This document shows positions 47,151 through 57,043 of a stretch of 64,000 nt of DNA, in pieces. The notes beneath the pieces were generated by a model. That model did not search any database, was not told the origin of the DNA, and saw only the letters and a program-made list of their open reading frames with translations. The position numbers and the translations under genes were made by a program. Within the stretch, counting starts at the first letter, position 1. Each line of letters begins with the position of its first letter. Location: positions 1,472,001-1,536,000 of the forward strand of contig JBKBWQ010000001.1 of NCBI GenBank assembly GCA_046314355.1, written 5' to 3'. This DNA is from Candidatus Altimarinota bacterium. GTDB lineage: Bacteria; Patescibacteriota; Gracilibacteria; 1-14-2-50-48-13.

Positions 47151-47329
47151 GGCTGGTGATTTCTCCTTGCCGAAAATGTTTACTACATGGTTATACTCAC
47201 AATTAATTTAGAGTCAATAGAATTTTGCTAAAAATGTAAAATATTGTTTTATAACAATCTATTTACTTTTTACCATAATTTAGTAGGATACGATGGAATA
47301 GAATGATATTTGACAAAAAGGAGGCCAAT

Positions 47330-49246
47330 ATGGCTATACAAGACAAAATAAATGAAATGATTCGTTCTCAGCAGAGAAAGGATCAGGGACTGCCGAATAT
47401 TTTTTCCACACTACTTTTAAGAGATAAAAGTAATTTGGAACTCATAGGGCAGAAAGGAGTACAGAAACTCATCAAGCAAATGTTAAAGTTCTATAAAGCT
47501 TTGACACATGCAGACGTTCTGCATGATGATGACCCGAAAAAAGAAGAGATTATTAAGTTTTACAAACTTGTAGTGTCTCTTGAGGAATACATAAAAGAGT
47601 TTTCTGAAAGAGAATGGGAAGTGGAATGGAAGAATTTTATTCTCCATGACGAATTTCTGGAACTACAAAAAAACTTTATTGCTCTGCAGTCTCGTTACCA
47701 CACTACTGAAGAAAGACTTAAAACTCTTTCTACTATGTCTGAAAAGGAAGTAGAAGAGCTCAAAGCTCAGGTTGAACATTTTTCAGTGATTATCGAAGAC
47801 TATAAAGGATTTTTCAATACTGTTCATGGACTGAATGAGAATGTTACATCAAAGGAATTAAAGAACATCTACATACTCACATATCCTTTCAAAAAAAGTG
47901 ATATACACATGGAAGAATTTGTACCTCAGCGTATAAAAGAAAGAGAAAAATCATTATTACATCTTCATAGCGTAAAAAAAACGCGAAGAGAAATTGATAA
48001 TACTATTCTCGATGCATTTAGCGATGTGGTTGAACAAACTCTTCTTCGTAAGGATGTGGAACTCTTAAGAAAGTACTTTCATTCAAAAAAGGATCTTACT
48101 GATGTGGATGAAGGAGCGATTTTCCTTGCAGGAGCACGAAAGCGAATAGTAGGGAAAATGAATGAGGAGGAATTGAGTAAAATGTTTCATACAATTTACA
48201 AAAAAACTTCTTCAAAGAACATCGAAGGAATCTATAGTTCCTTTCCGGTAAAATTAAAAACAATGATAAAGGAAATACATCAAATGCTTCCTTTAATGAA
48301 TAAATTTGATTTTCAAGGTAATCTGGAGATGTTTAAGAGCATGATTGATTACCTGCAATTTAGTAAAGGTCAGGCTAGGATGAATGAGATTGCTTCTCAT
48401 ACAACATATCTCACTCACCATGAGTTGGATATACCTTATCAGGAGATATTCGCAGTTATCGATCCTAAAAGCATCGATAATAAAGATGAACGTGCTTCTA
48501 AAGCCCGTGCAATAGGAGTATTCTTTAGTTTACTAAAGAATTTTATCTTTGTGGAACCTTCATTTTTGGAGGAGATTGATATCGATTTATTAAAATCCTT
48601 CTACTTTGGTTGTTTAATTGAGATGAAGGATAGAGGTTTTCTGTCGTATTTTCTCTTGAAAACTGCAAAACTTGATAAATTTATCGAGTGTTGCCCTGAT
48701 CTGGTTGTAAATGGCATAAGTCTTGATTTTCGACATGAAGAGAGCTTCTTGCCTGCACTCTATGATGCTGTAATGAACAAAACTGATAGTCTTTCAATGA
48801 TAAAGAAAGAATTGAAGTCTATTGTGAAAGCAATGGATCTAAAAGATCTTCTTACTTCCAAGGATATGAATCAGATTACACAAAGTATAGTTGAAAGACT
48901 TGAAAGTGTGTTCTCAGTTTCTGAGAGTTCAATTCCTAAACATATTTCATTGCAGGCCGGATGGTACTATCGCAAAGACATTATGCCTATTCTGGAAGAA
49001 GACAAAGGAGTCTTCAACGCAAGAATAAAGCTTATTGAAAATACAAATATACTAGGCTCTCTCTCATTGGAGAGAGCACTCATTCTATTCAAAGATACAG
49101 AACAGCAAAATTTGGATATTCTCTCACCTGAGTTAATATCTGCGATACAGCACGTGAAAGAAGGGGAGGTACTCATAGAGTACTCTCGCCGACAATACGG
49201 TGAGGACGGGATTCGCCCGGTCGGAATCGTATTAGGATATAATTAA
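47330..49246 (+). CDS. Large alpha-helical hypothetical protein
   Basis: ATG at 47330 after AAGGAGG; long open frame; terminator follows. Confidence 0.75.
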   Translation: MAIQDKINEMIRSQQRKDQGLPNIFSTLLLRDKSNLELIGQKGVQKLIKQMLKFYKALTHADVLHDDDPKKEEIIKFYKLVVSLEEYIKEFSEREWEVEWKNFILHDEFLELQKNFIALQSRYHTTEERLKTLSTMSEKEVEELKAQVEHFSVIIEDYKGFFNTVHGLNENVTSKELKNIYILTYPFKKSDIHMEEFVPQRIKEREKSLLHLHSVKKTRREIDNTILDAFSDVVEQTLLRKDVELLRKYFHSKKDLTDVDEGAIFLAGARKRIVGKMNEEELSKMFHTIYKKTSSKNIEGIYSSFPVKLKTMIKEIHQMLPLMNKFDFQGNLEMFKSMIDYLQFSKGQARMNEIASHTTYLTHHELDIPYQEIFAVIDPKSIDNKDERASKARAIGVFFSLLKNFIFVEPSFLEEIDIDLLKSFYFGCLIEMKDRGFLSYFLLKTAKLDKFIECCPDLVVNGISLDFRHEESFLPALYDAVMNKTDSLSMIKKELKSIVKAMDLKDLLTSKDMNQITQSIVERLESVFSVSESSIPKHISLQAGWYYRKDIMPILEEDKGVFNARIKLIENTNILGSLSLERALILFKDTEQQNLDILSPELISAIQHVKEGEVLIEYSRRQYGEDGIRPVGIVLGYN

Positions 49247-49247
49247 T

Positions 49248-49278
49248 TAAAAGAGAGCTCGAGGAGCTCTCTTTTTTT
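49248..49278. terminator. Bidirectional terminator
   Basis: AAAAGAGAGCTC-GAG-GAGCTCTCTTTT. Confidence 0.85.
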
Positions 49279-49279
49279 G

Positions 49280-50620
49280 TTATCTCTCTCTTCTCTTACA
49301 AAACACAAAACTCGTATAGTTCTCCGGATCATCATTGAGACCTTTATACGCAATTTCCAGCCCGTATTTATGTGCTGCTATTTCTGAAGCGATCACGGCT
49401 GTTCCTTCTTCAAAAGCTCCTTCCGCAAGCTCCCGTGCGCACATAGCGGTATCATAATCATCACTTAGATAATCACTTTTCAGATATGGAAATTTCTCTG
49501 CGAGCGTCTTTCTGCATTGTTTGATGGCTTGTGGGTGCGTAATTATTTTCTTTGCTTTTGTAATATCTTCGCCAGGTCTTACGAGGAGACACTGAGTAAG
49601 CTTCATATCATGTAGTTCTATAATTTCATGGGGATATTTACTCATGCTATGAATGCTTGGCAGTACCGTGCCGCTCCCGGAATTCTCTATGGCGAAGACT
49701 CCAAAGTCTATCTCACCTCTATTGAGTGCTTCGAGTACTGCTTCTGAGGTGATCAGAAAAGAAAGCTCTACATTTTTCAGGTTATATTTCTCGATGAGCT
49801 CAAGGGTTGCCTGATGATTGAAGCTGCCGTTTCCTCCCTGAATACCGATGATAGTACTTTTTCTCTCTTCCTTCATGCGGGTAAAGAGGTCGTGTTTAAG
49901 ATTTGTGAGGGAGAGCTCCATTCTGAGGAGTTCTGATCTTGCATTTTCATTGAATCTGAAAAGACCGTAGTAAAGGTCAAAACTATCGTTTACCGTGTTG
50001 TTTACAAGGGAAAGAAGCTGCTCGTATCCTTTTGTATTGATAGGTGTAGTCTTTAGATGAAGCTGAGAAAGCATTCGTCCTGTGGTATGCGTGATAAACT
50101 GTGATCCTGCTGCATACTCATCGTGTTTTTCGCAGCTCATAGGGACCATGGTACATCCCTCTTTTTCAAAAATTCCTAAAAATTCATCGCATATTTTTTC
50201 ATTGCGGATGCGTACTTTATCAAAGACAAAGGAGAGATCTTTCCAGGAGTTCTTGCCGGATTCAGGTCCAAACATTGGATGTGTGCAGAGAATATCACAT
50301 TCATTGGGAAGTATTCTTTTCAGAAATTCCTTTGGATAAGATTTTACTGAAAGGACATCGATGATGAGTTTATCTTTCAAAAGGTAAAGTGGCAGGGACT
50401 TTACGACTGGTTCTAGAGAGAGGATGCTTGTGGCGAGTATAACGGCGTCGAGGTTTTGTGCGCAGAGGTCTTCTGGAGATGTATAAAAGTTAGCTCCCAT
50501 TTCGAGGGCTTCCTTTGAGAAGTCTGTTCTATTTGTTGCGGAGACTTGGTGACCTTGTTTGAGGAAACGCTTGGCGAGGAATTGTCCGAAGTTTCCGAAG
50601 CCGATGATACCGATGTGCAT
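49280..50620 (-). CDS. tyrA: Plant-type arogenate/prephenate dehydrogenase (TyrA) fused to prephenate dehydratase domain
   Basis: GFGNFGQ, DVLSVK, CTHPMFGPESG, CEKHD..AAGSQFITH, PINTKGY, DSFDLYYGLF; C-terminal IQG..GSF, AIENS..G.V, HPQAIKQC, DTA, ENYTSF. Confidence 0.9.
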   Translation of the reverse strand: MHIGIIGFGNFGQFLAKRFLKQGHQVSATNRTDFSKEALEMGANFYTSPEDLCAQNLDAVILATSILSLEPVVKSLPLYLLKDKLIIDVLSVKSYPKEFLKRILPNECDILCTHPMFGPESGKNSWKDLSFVFDKVRIRNEKICDEFLGIFEKEGCTMVPMSCEKHDEYAAGSQFITHTTGRMLSQLHLKTTPINTKGYEQLLSLVNNTVNDSFDLYYGLFRFNENARSELLRMELSLTNLKHDLFTRMKEERKSTIIGIQGGNGSFNHQATLELIEKYNLKNVELSFLITSEAVLEALNRGEIDFGVFAIENSGSGTVLPSIHSMSKYPHEIIELHDMKLTQCLLVRPGEDITKAKKIITHPQAIKQCRKTLAEKFPYLKSDYLSDDYDTAMCARELAEGAFEEGTAVIASEIAAHKYGLEIAYKGLNDDPENYTSFVFCKRRER

Positions 50621-50649
50621 AGAAGAAATAGTTTTGGTCAAAAGTCTTT

Positions 50650-50850
50650 CCACCTAGCCGGTGGGGGCTTTTCTTTTGTAACCAAAAGAAACAAAAGTTT
50701 TGGGGGAGGAGAAAAGCGTCTGGCAGAGGGAGTGACTTCGAGAAGTGATCAGACGCTTCTCCTTCCCCAAACCCCCTGGGACAGTGTGGTCTAGATGTTG
50801 CTCATGACGCGGGTGCAAGGCTCTTGAGGCGATGTGCCTGCGGCACATGT
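50650..50850. repeat. GC-rich multi-hairpin element upstream of tyrA
   Basis: Stems CCACC/GGTGG, TTCTTTTG/CAAAAGAA, TTTGGGGGAGGAGAA..GCGTCTG/CAGACGC.TTCTCCTTCCCCAAA, ATGTGCC/GGCACAT. Confidence 0.6.
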
Positions 50851-50927
50851 CAGAAGGACGATTTTATTCTATTGAAATATACAGATAAATTAAATTGAGG
50901 CAAAGAAAAGAATGGAGAGTTATTCTT

Positions 50928-51473
50928 CTATTTCTTTTTTTGAATTACGTTTGAAAATTTCTGCAGCACATTCTTTGTAACGGATTGGATCTGTTTATTC
51001 GCTACTCCTTTTTTTAGTACTGTATGTACTTTTTCAGCGCCGGAGAGAATGTTTGCTATTTCTTCTTCTGTAGCGCCATGCATCTTAGCTTGTTCTACCA
51101 ATTCTTCAGTTTTCAGGGAGAAGTATTCTAATGATTTCTGATGGGATTTATTAAAGAAATCTGCAATATCTCCTAGAAATGGGACTGCACCTAAACCAAA
51201 ATCTACAGCTTGATGTTTTGTAATCTTCCACATATTTTTTGAGGATACCTTTGCGATCTTTGCTTCCGTCAGTAAATATGCTGTCGCAAGGGCTGCTACT
51301 GCTCCATCCCCAAGACCTGGAATAAGACCAAGTAATACGTCTATTCCTTTGTTGTCCATTACATCTGCAAAGATTTTTACCCGTTCTTCTGAGTTCTTTG
51401 CTTTTTTTAAATTTTGCAGGATCTGCTCCTTGTCAGATCGTGGTTTATCAATAGTGGAGTCGTTTATTTCCAT
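50928..51473 (-). CDS. DUF4112-like protein
   Basis: GIDVLLGLIPGLGD..DFGLGAVPFLGDIADFF. Confidence 0.8.
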   Translation of the reverse strand: MEINDSTIDKPRSDKEQILQNLKKAKNSEERVKIFADVMDNKGIDVLLGLIPGLGDGAVAALATAYLLTEAKIAKVSSKNMWKITKHQAVDFGLGAVPFLGDIADFFNKSHQKSLEYFSLKTEELVEQAKMHGATEEEIANILSGAEKVHTVLKKGVANKQIQSVTKNVLQKFSNVIQKKK

Positions 51474-51685
51474 ATAGTGAGATGAGATATGATAAAGGAT
51501 TTCTATATAAATATAAGTGTTCCGTAAAGAAAATCTGTATGAAGCCTATTAGATTCTCATGGCAGATATAATTAGATATGCCAAGATATACTTATATTCC
51601 TATAAGTATATCATAGAATTCTTAATGTGAGAGTATGATTTTAGGATGTATCTCACTAGATATTGGAAGAACATCAAGATGTTTT

Positions 51686-52042
51686 CTACTCTACTTTGAT
51701 AGGCAATTCCTCTTCATTCACCTGAAGCATATCAGCATCCATGACTTCGATCTCTACGATGTGATTTTCCTCGTCATCTACAAATTCCTGTTTTACTCCT
51801 CCTATGCATGAGAGGAATTGGTCATCGTCGGTGTCGATGAATTTGTCTCCACCCAGGAATGGATCTAGGAATTCCATACCTTGTTTGACCACTACGCAGC
51901 AGGTCATGCATGCTCCAGCGCGGCAGGAATAGGGGAAGTCGATATTGTAGGATTCAAGCTGCTCCAGGATTGTATCTTTGCCGTTTGCTTTGTATGAAGT
52001 GAATTCTTTTCCGTTGGGGAGTTTTATAACTACGGTTACCAT
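51686..52042 (-). CDS. Plant-type [2Fe-2S] ferredoxin
   Basis: PYSCRAGACMTC..LSC. Confidence 0.88.
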   Translation of the reverse strand: MVTVVIKLPNGKEFTSYKANGKDTILEQLESYNIDFPYSCRAGACMTCCVVVKQGMEFLDPFLGGDKFIDTDDDQFLSCIGGVKQEFVDDEENHIVEIEVMDADMLQVNEEELPIKVE

Positions 52043-52200
52043 TCTAATGTGTCAAAATAATGAAAAGTTGTGTGTATCCTAATGGGAAAAAGGTAAATTG
52101 GCAATATTCATTTATGAAGTATTTAGAGTAGATTTCTTAGAATAGGTTGTATAATGCTTGCGTAATGCTATCTTTTTCTATATTTCTTTCTTTCAAGCAT

Positions 52201-52605
52201 ATGAAAAAAGTTCTACTTTTCGGTTCCTTTGACTATATACATGAAGGGCATAGAGATCTTTTTGCGCAGGCGAAAACATATGGCACGGAGCTTCATGTGG
52301 TGCTTGCGAGAGATAGTACTATTGAAAAGGTAAAGGGCAGACTGCCTACATATTCAGAAGTTGAAAGGAAAATGATGCTTGAACAAGAGGCATTGATAGA
52401 TGTGGTATATCTGGGTAATACAGATGATAAATATAAGATTATCAATGATATCAAACCAGCGGTAATTCTACTTGGGTATGATCAATCACATTTTACGAAT
52501 GGGCTTGAGGAGAAGCTTCATGAATTTGGACTCCAGTGTAAGGTAGAGCGTGCGAAAGCGTATTTTCCTGAAAAATATAAGAGTTCTCTCCTGAAAGAAA
52601 AATAG
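52201..52605 (+). CDS. Cytidylyltransferase-like nucleotidyltransferase (archaeal FAD synthetase RibL-like)
   Basis: FGSFDYIHEGH, VVLARD, ER, LGYDQ, YKSS. Confidence 0.8.
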   Translation: MKKVLLFGSFDYIHEGHRDLFAQAKTYGTELHVVLARDSTIEKVKGRLPTYSEVERKMMLEQEALIDVVYLGNTDDKYKIINDIKPAVILLGYDQSHFTNGLEEKLHEFGLQCKVERAKAYFPEKYKSSLLKEK

Positions 52606-52664
52606 TAAACTATTGCACTCTCTTTTGAAAGTTACTATAGTACTGCAAATTTTATGTAAAATAT

Positions 52665-53135
52665 ATGGATGTAGCACCAAGCTGTGTTTTAGGAGAATGT
52701 AAAAAAGATATAGAGTACATAGTAAGACCGGGAGCGTATGCACTGATCATGAAAGAGGTAGACGGTCAGACGCTTGTAGGTCTGATAAAGATTGAAGATG
52801 AGCTCTCAAAAAAAGAGAAATATTATTTGGTTGGAGGCGGAATAGAAGACTGTGATAATAATGATTATACATCAGCTCTAAAAAGAGAGATACTTGAGGA
52901 GACGGGATATAGCGCTATAGATGAAGAATTTATAACTAGGATGGATGAGTACTTTTTCTCACCGCACATGAATGGCCACTTTAAAAAAGAGGGGTATTTT
53001 TACCAGATTGTACTCGAAAAAAAGCAGTGTGAACCTCTCGAGACAACTCATGAACTTGTATGGTATCTGCCTGAGACTGCCTTTGAAAAAGTGCATCATC
53101 TCTGTGCAAAGAAACTCATCGAAACTCTCTTGTGA
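52665..53135 (+). CDS. Nudix hydrolase
   Basis: RPGAYAL..GGGIE..REILEETGY. Confidence 0.88.
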   Translation: MDVAPSCVLGECKKDIEYIVRPGAYALIMKEVDGQTLVGLIKIEDELSKKEKYYLVGGGIEDCDNNDYTSALKREILEETGYSAIDEEFITRMDEYFFSPHMNGHFKKEGYFYQIVLEKKQCEPLETTHELVWYLPETAFEKVHHLCAKKLIETLL

Positions 53136-53210
53136 AAGAAAGTTGAAATAATCGTATGTAGGAGCGTATAATGGTATGAAAGGTTCTTTATTTCTTCTTT
53201 CATAAATACA

Positions 53211-53717
53211 GTGGAAAAAAAGAGACTTGCGGTATTGGGAAATAAGAATCCTGAGAAAGTCTATCCAGAACGGGTAGGTGTTTATGCTCTGCCCGTGACG
53301 TTCAATCCAGCAACTAATAGCTACCTCATCGCTGTAGCTGGAGTAAAGAAACCCCATAAGGAGACAATAGACTATCATCTTTTCGGAGGTGCCGAGGAGC
53401 CCGATGATGCTGGAAATCATCTTAGTACTTTAGAGAGAGAACTTCGAGAGGAGGCAGGATGTAGTATTGAAGTATCACAAGAGGACTACATTCATCGTAT
53501 TGATGAGTATGTAGAAGCAAAGACATTAGAATGCGAAAAAATCGGCTACTACTATTATGTAAAGATTATTGAACAAGTACAGGAACCAATAGAATCCAAC
53601 CATACCATTGTCGTAATGCCCATAGAGGAAGCATTAAAAAAACTGCATCATCCCTCTGCGCGGATGATCGTTTGGTACTATATGAAGATGAAGGGAATAT
53701 TGGATCTGGCAGAATAA
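53211..53717 (+). CDS. Nudix hydrolase (paralogue of upstream gene)
   Basis: RVGVYAL..GGAEE..RELREEAG; GTG start. Confidence 0.82.
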   Translation: MEKKRLAVLGNKNPEKVYPERVGVYALPVTFNPATNSYLIAVAGVKKPHKETIDYHLFGGAEEPDDAGNHLSTLERELREEAGCSIEVSQEDYIHRIDEYVEAKTLECEKIGYYYYVKIIEQVQEPIESNHTIVVMPIEEALKKLHHPSARMIVWYYMKMKGILDLAE

Positions 53718-53751
53718 AAAAAGAGCTTCCTTTTGGGGAAGCTCTTTTTTT
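53716..53751. terminator. Bidirectional terminator
   Basis: AAAAAAAGAGCTTCC..GGAAGCTCTTTTTT. Confidence 0.85.
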
Positions 53752-53757
53752 ATTTAT

Positions 53758-54903
53758 TTACCACTTTGCTATCTGAGTTCTGAATGTATCCCATAATTTA
53801 TTATTTGATCCATAGGAGAAGAGAGAGAATCCCTTCATCTTATTTGCCCGTGTCACCATGATCTGATTCCAAGTCTCAACAGCAGAGAAGTCTGTGGTAG
53901 ACATACCGACCACCACTTTATTTGGGTTCACGCTCGCGAAGTCTTTCACAAGGGTCGTAAAGTCCGGTTTTGCTCCGATAGTCCAATAGATCATTGGAGT
54001 AATGAAATCTACTCTACTTTCCTTGATCCATCGTTTTGAATCCTGCAGATATTTATCGTAACTTCCGCTCTTTGCAAGTCCCCAATTCCATTTATCTACA
54101 TGATATCCGATAACGGCTGCAGAGAGCTTCTTTTTGTGTGCGGAAGTTTCATGGACTATGTCAGCGATCTTAGTGACAAATTTTGTAAGTTCATCTCTTC
54201 TCCAGTTTGAAAAATCCTTAAATTTCTTCTGGGCTTTAAATCTTTTTTGTGAAATCTCACTGTAACCATAGCTTGCAGAAGGATAGCGGACATAGTCTAA
54301 ATGAAGACCATCAACATTATATTTTGTAACGATCTCTCTAAATACTTTTATAAGATGCTGCTGTAGATCAAGATTTGCAGGATCGGCGAAAATGTAGCTA
54401 TCATTGAGATCCATCTTTTGTCCCTTATCATTTACCTGGAACCACTCAGGATGTGCATAATATAAATGCTGAGGAACTGCAGTCTTGTCTGGAGCTGTTT
54501 TCCCCTGCCAGACGGTAAATACATTTACCCATGCATGAACCTGCAGACCATTTTTATGTCCCTCATCTATAGCAGTCTGGAGCGGATCGTAGCCAGGATC
54601 TTTGCCGAGAGTACCTGTAAGCATCTTGCTCCAAGGTTCATATGAGGATTTGTAGAAAGCATCAGCCTCACCTCGCACCTGGAAGAAGACAGTGTTAAAG
54701 TTATTTTTCTTGATATCTGCCATGATTCTTACGATATCCGCTTTTGTTTTAAACTGAAAACGTGATACCCACACTGCTCTTACTTCGCCCTTTGCAGGAG
54801 CGATCTCTGCATACTGCTTTGGGGCTTCTGCTGCGGAAGTGAGAGGCGTAAAAGCCTGTAGGGCAATGATGAATGCTAAAGATAAGCTGAGTAGTTTTTT
54901 CAT
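53758..54903 (-). CDS. Secreted GHL10 (YddW/DigH-like) glycoside hydrolase
   Basis: EVRAVW, NTVFFQVR..DAFYKS..EPW, DPL..GLQVHAWVN, VDGLHLDYVRYP, ITPMIY. Confidence 0.9.
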   Translation of the reverse strand: MKKLLSLSLAFIIALQAFTPLTSAAEAPKQYAEIAPAKGEVRAVWVSRFQFKTKADIVRIMADIKKNNFNTVFFQVRGEADAFYKSSYEPWSKMLTGTLGKDPGYDPLQTAIDEGHKNGLQVHAWVNVFTVWQGKTAPDKTAVPQHLYYAHPEWFQVNDKGQKMDLNDSYIFADPANLDLQQHLIKVFREIVTKYNVDGLHLDYVRYPSASYGYSEISQKRFKAQKKFKDFSNWRRDELTKFVTKIADIVHETSAHKKKLSAAVIGYHVDKWNWGLAKSGSYDKYLQDSKRWIKESRVDFITPMIYWTIGAKPDFTTLVKDFASVNPNKVVVGMSTTDFSAVETWNQIMVTRANKMKGFSLFSYGSNNKLWDTFRTQIAKW

Positions 54904-55138
54904 GATATATGCAAAATATTATATGATCAAAGTATAGGGCAGATTGGAGATAGGACAATTGATGTATGGAAAATTTATGTTTTGTATATAGATTACATTC
55001 TCTTATATCCTATATATAAGACGTTAAAATAAAGAATAAGTTACATTTTTTTGACTTATCCTAGCATATGAACAGTTTTCTATTACAATAAGTAAGTGTC
55101 TCCAAAAAGAGCACAATCTTTTTATCAATATAGTTTTT

Positions 55139-56920
55139 ATGAATACAAATAGTGAACAAAAGAAGACGTCTTTAAAAACCTTCTATCCATATCTTTTCGA
55201 ATATAAAGGTCGCGTAACCATCGTATTTATTTTGATGATTCTAGCGAAGGTTGCGAGTGTGACCGCTCCGCTTTATCTGAAACAGATTGTGGATTTCCTT
55301 CAGGCAAGTATTACCACCACCGTTGTCTTTTCTACTCTGCTGTTTCTTATCGGAGTGTATTTTGTCCTGCGAGCGCTCTCGGCGGGCTTGAGTGAATGGA
55401 AGGATTTTCTTTTTACAAAGGCAGAAGTAAATATCGTGAGAAAAGTAAGCCGAGATGTATTTGCACATTTGCATAAACTTTCTCTCGCTTTTCATCTGGA
55501 GAAAAAAACAGGTGCTCTTGCAACAAAGGTTACAAGAGGTATAGGCGGTATTGAATTTGTATTTAGATTCATGCTCTTTACGATTGTCCCGACGATACTT
55601 GAAATCCTTTTTGTGGTGGGAATCCTACTTGCGAATTATCATTGGTCTTTTACAGTAGTCACTCTTGTGACTCTTATTATCTATATTTTCTTTACGATTT
55701 ATCTTACTGAGACTAGAAATAAGGTTAATAGAGAGCTCAATATGTACAGCAATGAAGCACAGGGAAAATCCATCGACAGTCTCACAAACTTTGAAACGGT
55801 AAAATATTTCACTAATGAGACTCATGAGATCAACCGCTATGATGAATCTCTCAAATCAATCGCTGATACAAATTTGAAGTCAAAGAAATTTCTTTATCTT
55901 CTGAACTTTGGACAGGGATTTATCATTACTCTCGGTGTAGTAACTCTCATATATCTCGCTTCCATCAATGTACTAGATAGGGCAATGACCATCGGAGACT
56001 TTACTCTTGTGACGGTTTATATCGCGCAGCTCTCTATTCCTCTTGGGTTTCTGGGATTTGTCTACAGACAGATCAAAGAGAGCATGGTGAATATGGAAGA
56101 TATGTTTGATCTTTTGAATATTAATGCGGATATTGCAGACAAGCCGGATGCGAAAAATCTTGAAGGATTTAAAGAGAAAGTAAGTTTCGATCATGTTCAT
56201 CTATCTTATCAGGAAGAAAGAGAAATACTTCACAATATTTCCTTCGACATTCCAAAGGGAAAGACTGTAGCACTTGTAGGTTCTTCCGGATCAGGTAAAA
56301 CCTCACTTGCGAGACTTCTTTTTAGATTTTATGATGTGACAAAGGGGGCGATTCTTTTTGACGGACAGGACATCAGAGATATCACTCAGAAATCTCTCAG
56401 GACTCAGATAGGATTTGTACCGCAGGATACAGTACTTTTCAATGACAGTATTTTCTATAACATTTCATACGGAAAACCAGGTGCAACGAAGGAAGAAGTA
56501 TATGAGGCAGCAAAAAAAGCGAATATTCATACATTTATAGAAAGTCTCCCGCAAGGATATGAGACAGTAGTAGGAGAGCGAGGACTTCGTCTCTCAGGAG
56601 GTGAGAAGCAGCGTGTTGCCATAGCAAGAGTTATCCTCAAAGGATCGCCAATACTTGTATTTGATGAAGCCACTTCAGCACTGGACTCTAAGTCTGAAAA
56701 TGTGATCCAGGATGCTATACGAGCTCTCTCAAAAGAAAGAACAATGCTGATCATCGCGCATAGACTCTCAACTGTAGCTCACGCAGATGAGATCCTCGTA
56801 CTTGAGCATGGCGAGATCAAAGAGCGGGGAACACATAAGGAACTCCTTGAAATAGGAGGAGTTTACGAGCACCTCTGGCATCTCCAGCAGGCTGGAAAAG
56901 CGAGAGATATAGAAGTATAA
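55139..56920 (+). CDS. Atm1/HMT1-type ABC exporter (TMD plus NBD)
   Basis: HLHKLSLAFHLEKKTG, VPTILE, SLTNFETVKYF, PLGFLGFVYR; GSSGSGKT, LSGGEKQR, FDEATSALD, IAHRLST. Confidence 0.92.
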   Translation: MNTNSEQKKTSLKTFYPYLFEYKGRVTIVFILMILAKVASVTAPLYLKQIVDFLQASITTTVVFSTLLFLIGVYFVLRALSAGLSEWKDFLFTKAEVNIVRKVSRDVFAHLHKLSLAFHLEKKTGALATKVTRGIGGIEFVFRFMLFTIVPTILEILFVVGILLANYHWSFTVVTLVTLIIYIFFTIYLTETRNKVNRELNMYSNEAQGKSIDSLTNFETVKYFTNETHEINRYDESLKSIADTNLKSKKFLYLLNFGQGFIITLGVVTLIYLASINVLDRAMTIGDFTLVTVYIAQLSIPLGFLGFVYRQIKESMVNMEDMFDLLNINADIADKPDAKNLEGFKEKVSFDHVHLSYQEEREILHNISFDIPKGKTVALVGSSGSGKTSLARLLFRFYDVTKGAILFDGQDIRDITQKSLRTQIGFVPQDTVLFNDSIFYNISYGKPGATKEEVYEAAKKANIHTFIESLPQGYETVVGERGLRLSGGEKQRVAIARVILKGSPILVFDEATSALDSKSENVIQDAIRALSKERTMLIIAHRLSTVAHADEILVLEHGEIKERGTHKELLEIGGVYEHLWHLQQAGKARDIEV

Positions 56921-56924
56921 AGGA

Positions 56925-57037
56925 GTGACTAGTAACTAGTGACTGTCACTAGTTACTCCAGAGCCAATCCCCCTGAGAAGGGGGACCTAAGGGGTTTGAG
57001 CCCTCAATTACTTAATTACAATTTACTCAATTACTTG
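56925..57037. repeat. Cluster of short repeats and a palindrome between atm1 and bolA
   Basis: GTGACTA/GTAACTA heptamers with inverted copies, TCCCCCT..AGGGGGA hairpin, CAATTACT repeats. Confidence 0.5.
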
Positions 57038-57043
57038 AGCCCC

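Noticed and set aside
50654-50848. 64-aa ORF as a tyrA leader peptide, or a T-box
   Set aside because: No Tyr/Phe codon run and no T-box consensus; it coincides with the hairpin element
56939-57043. N-terminal extension of BolA in the ORF track
   Set aside because: Made of repeat and palindrome DNA; BolA homology begins at ATG 57044
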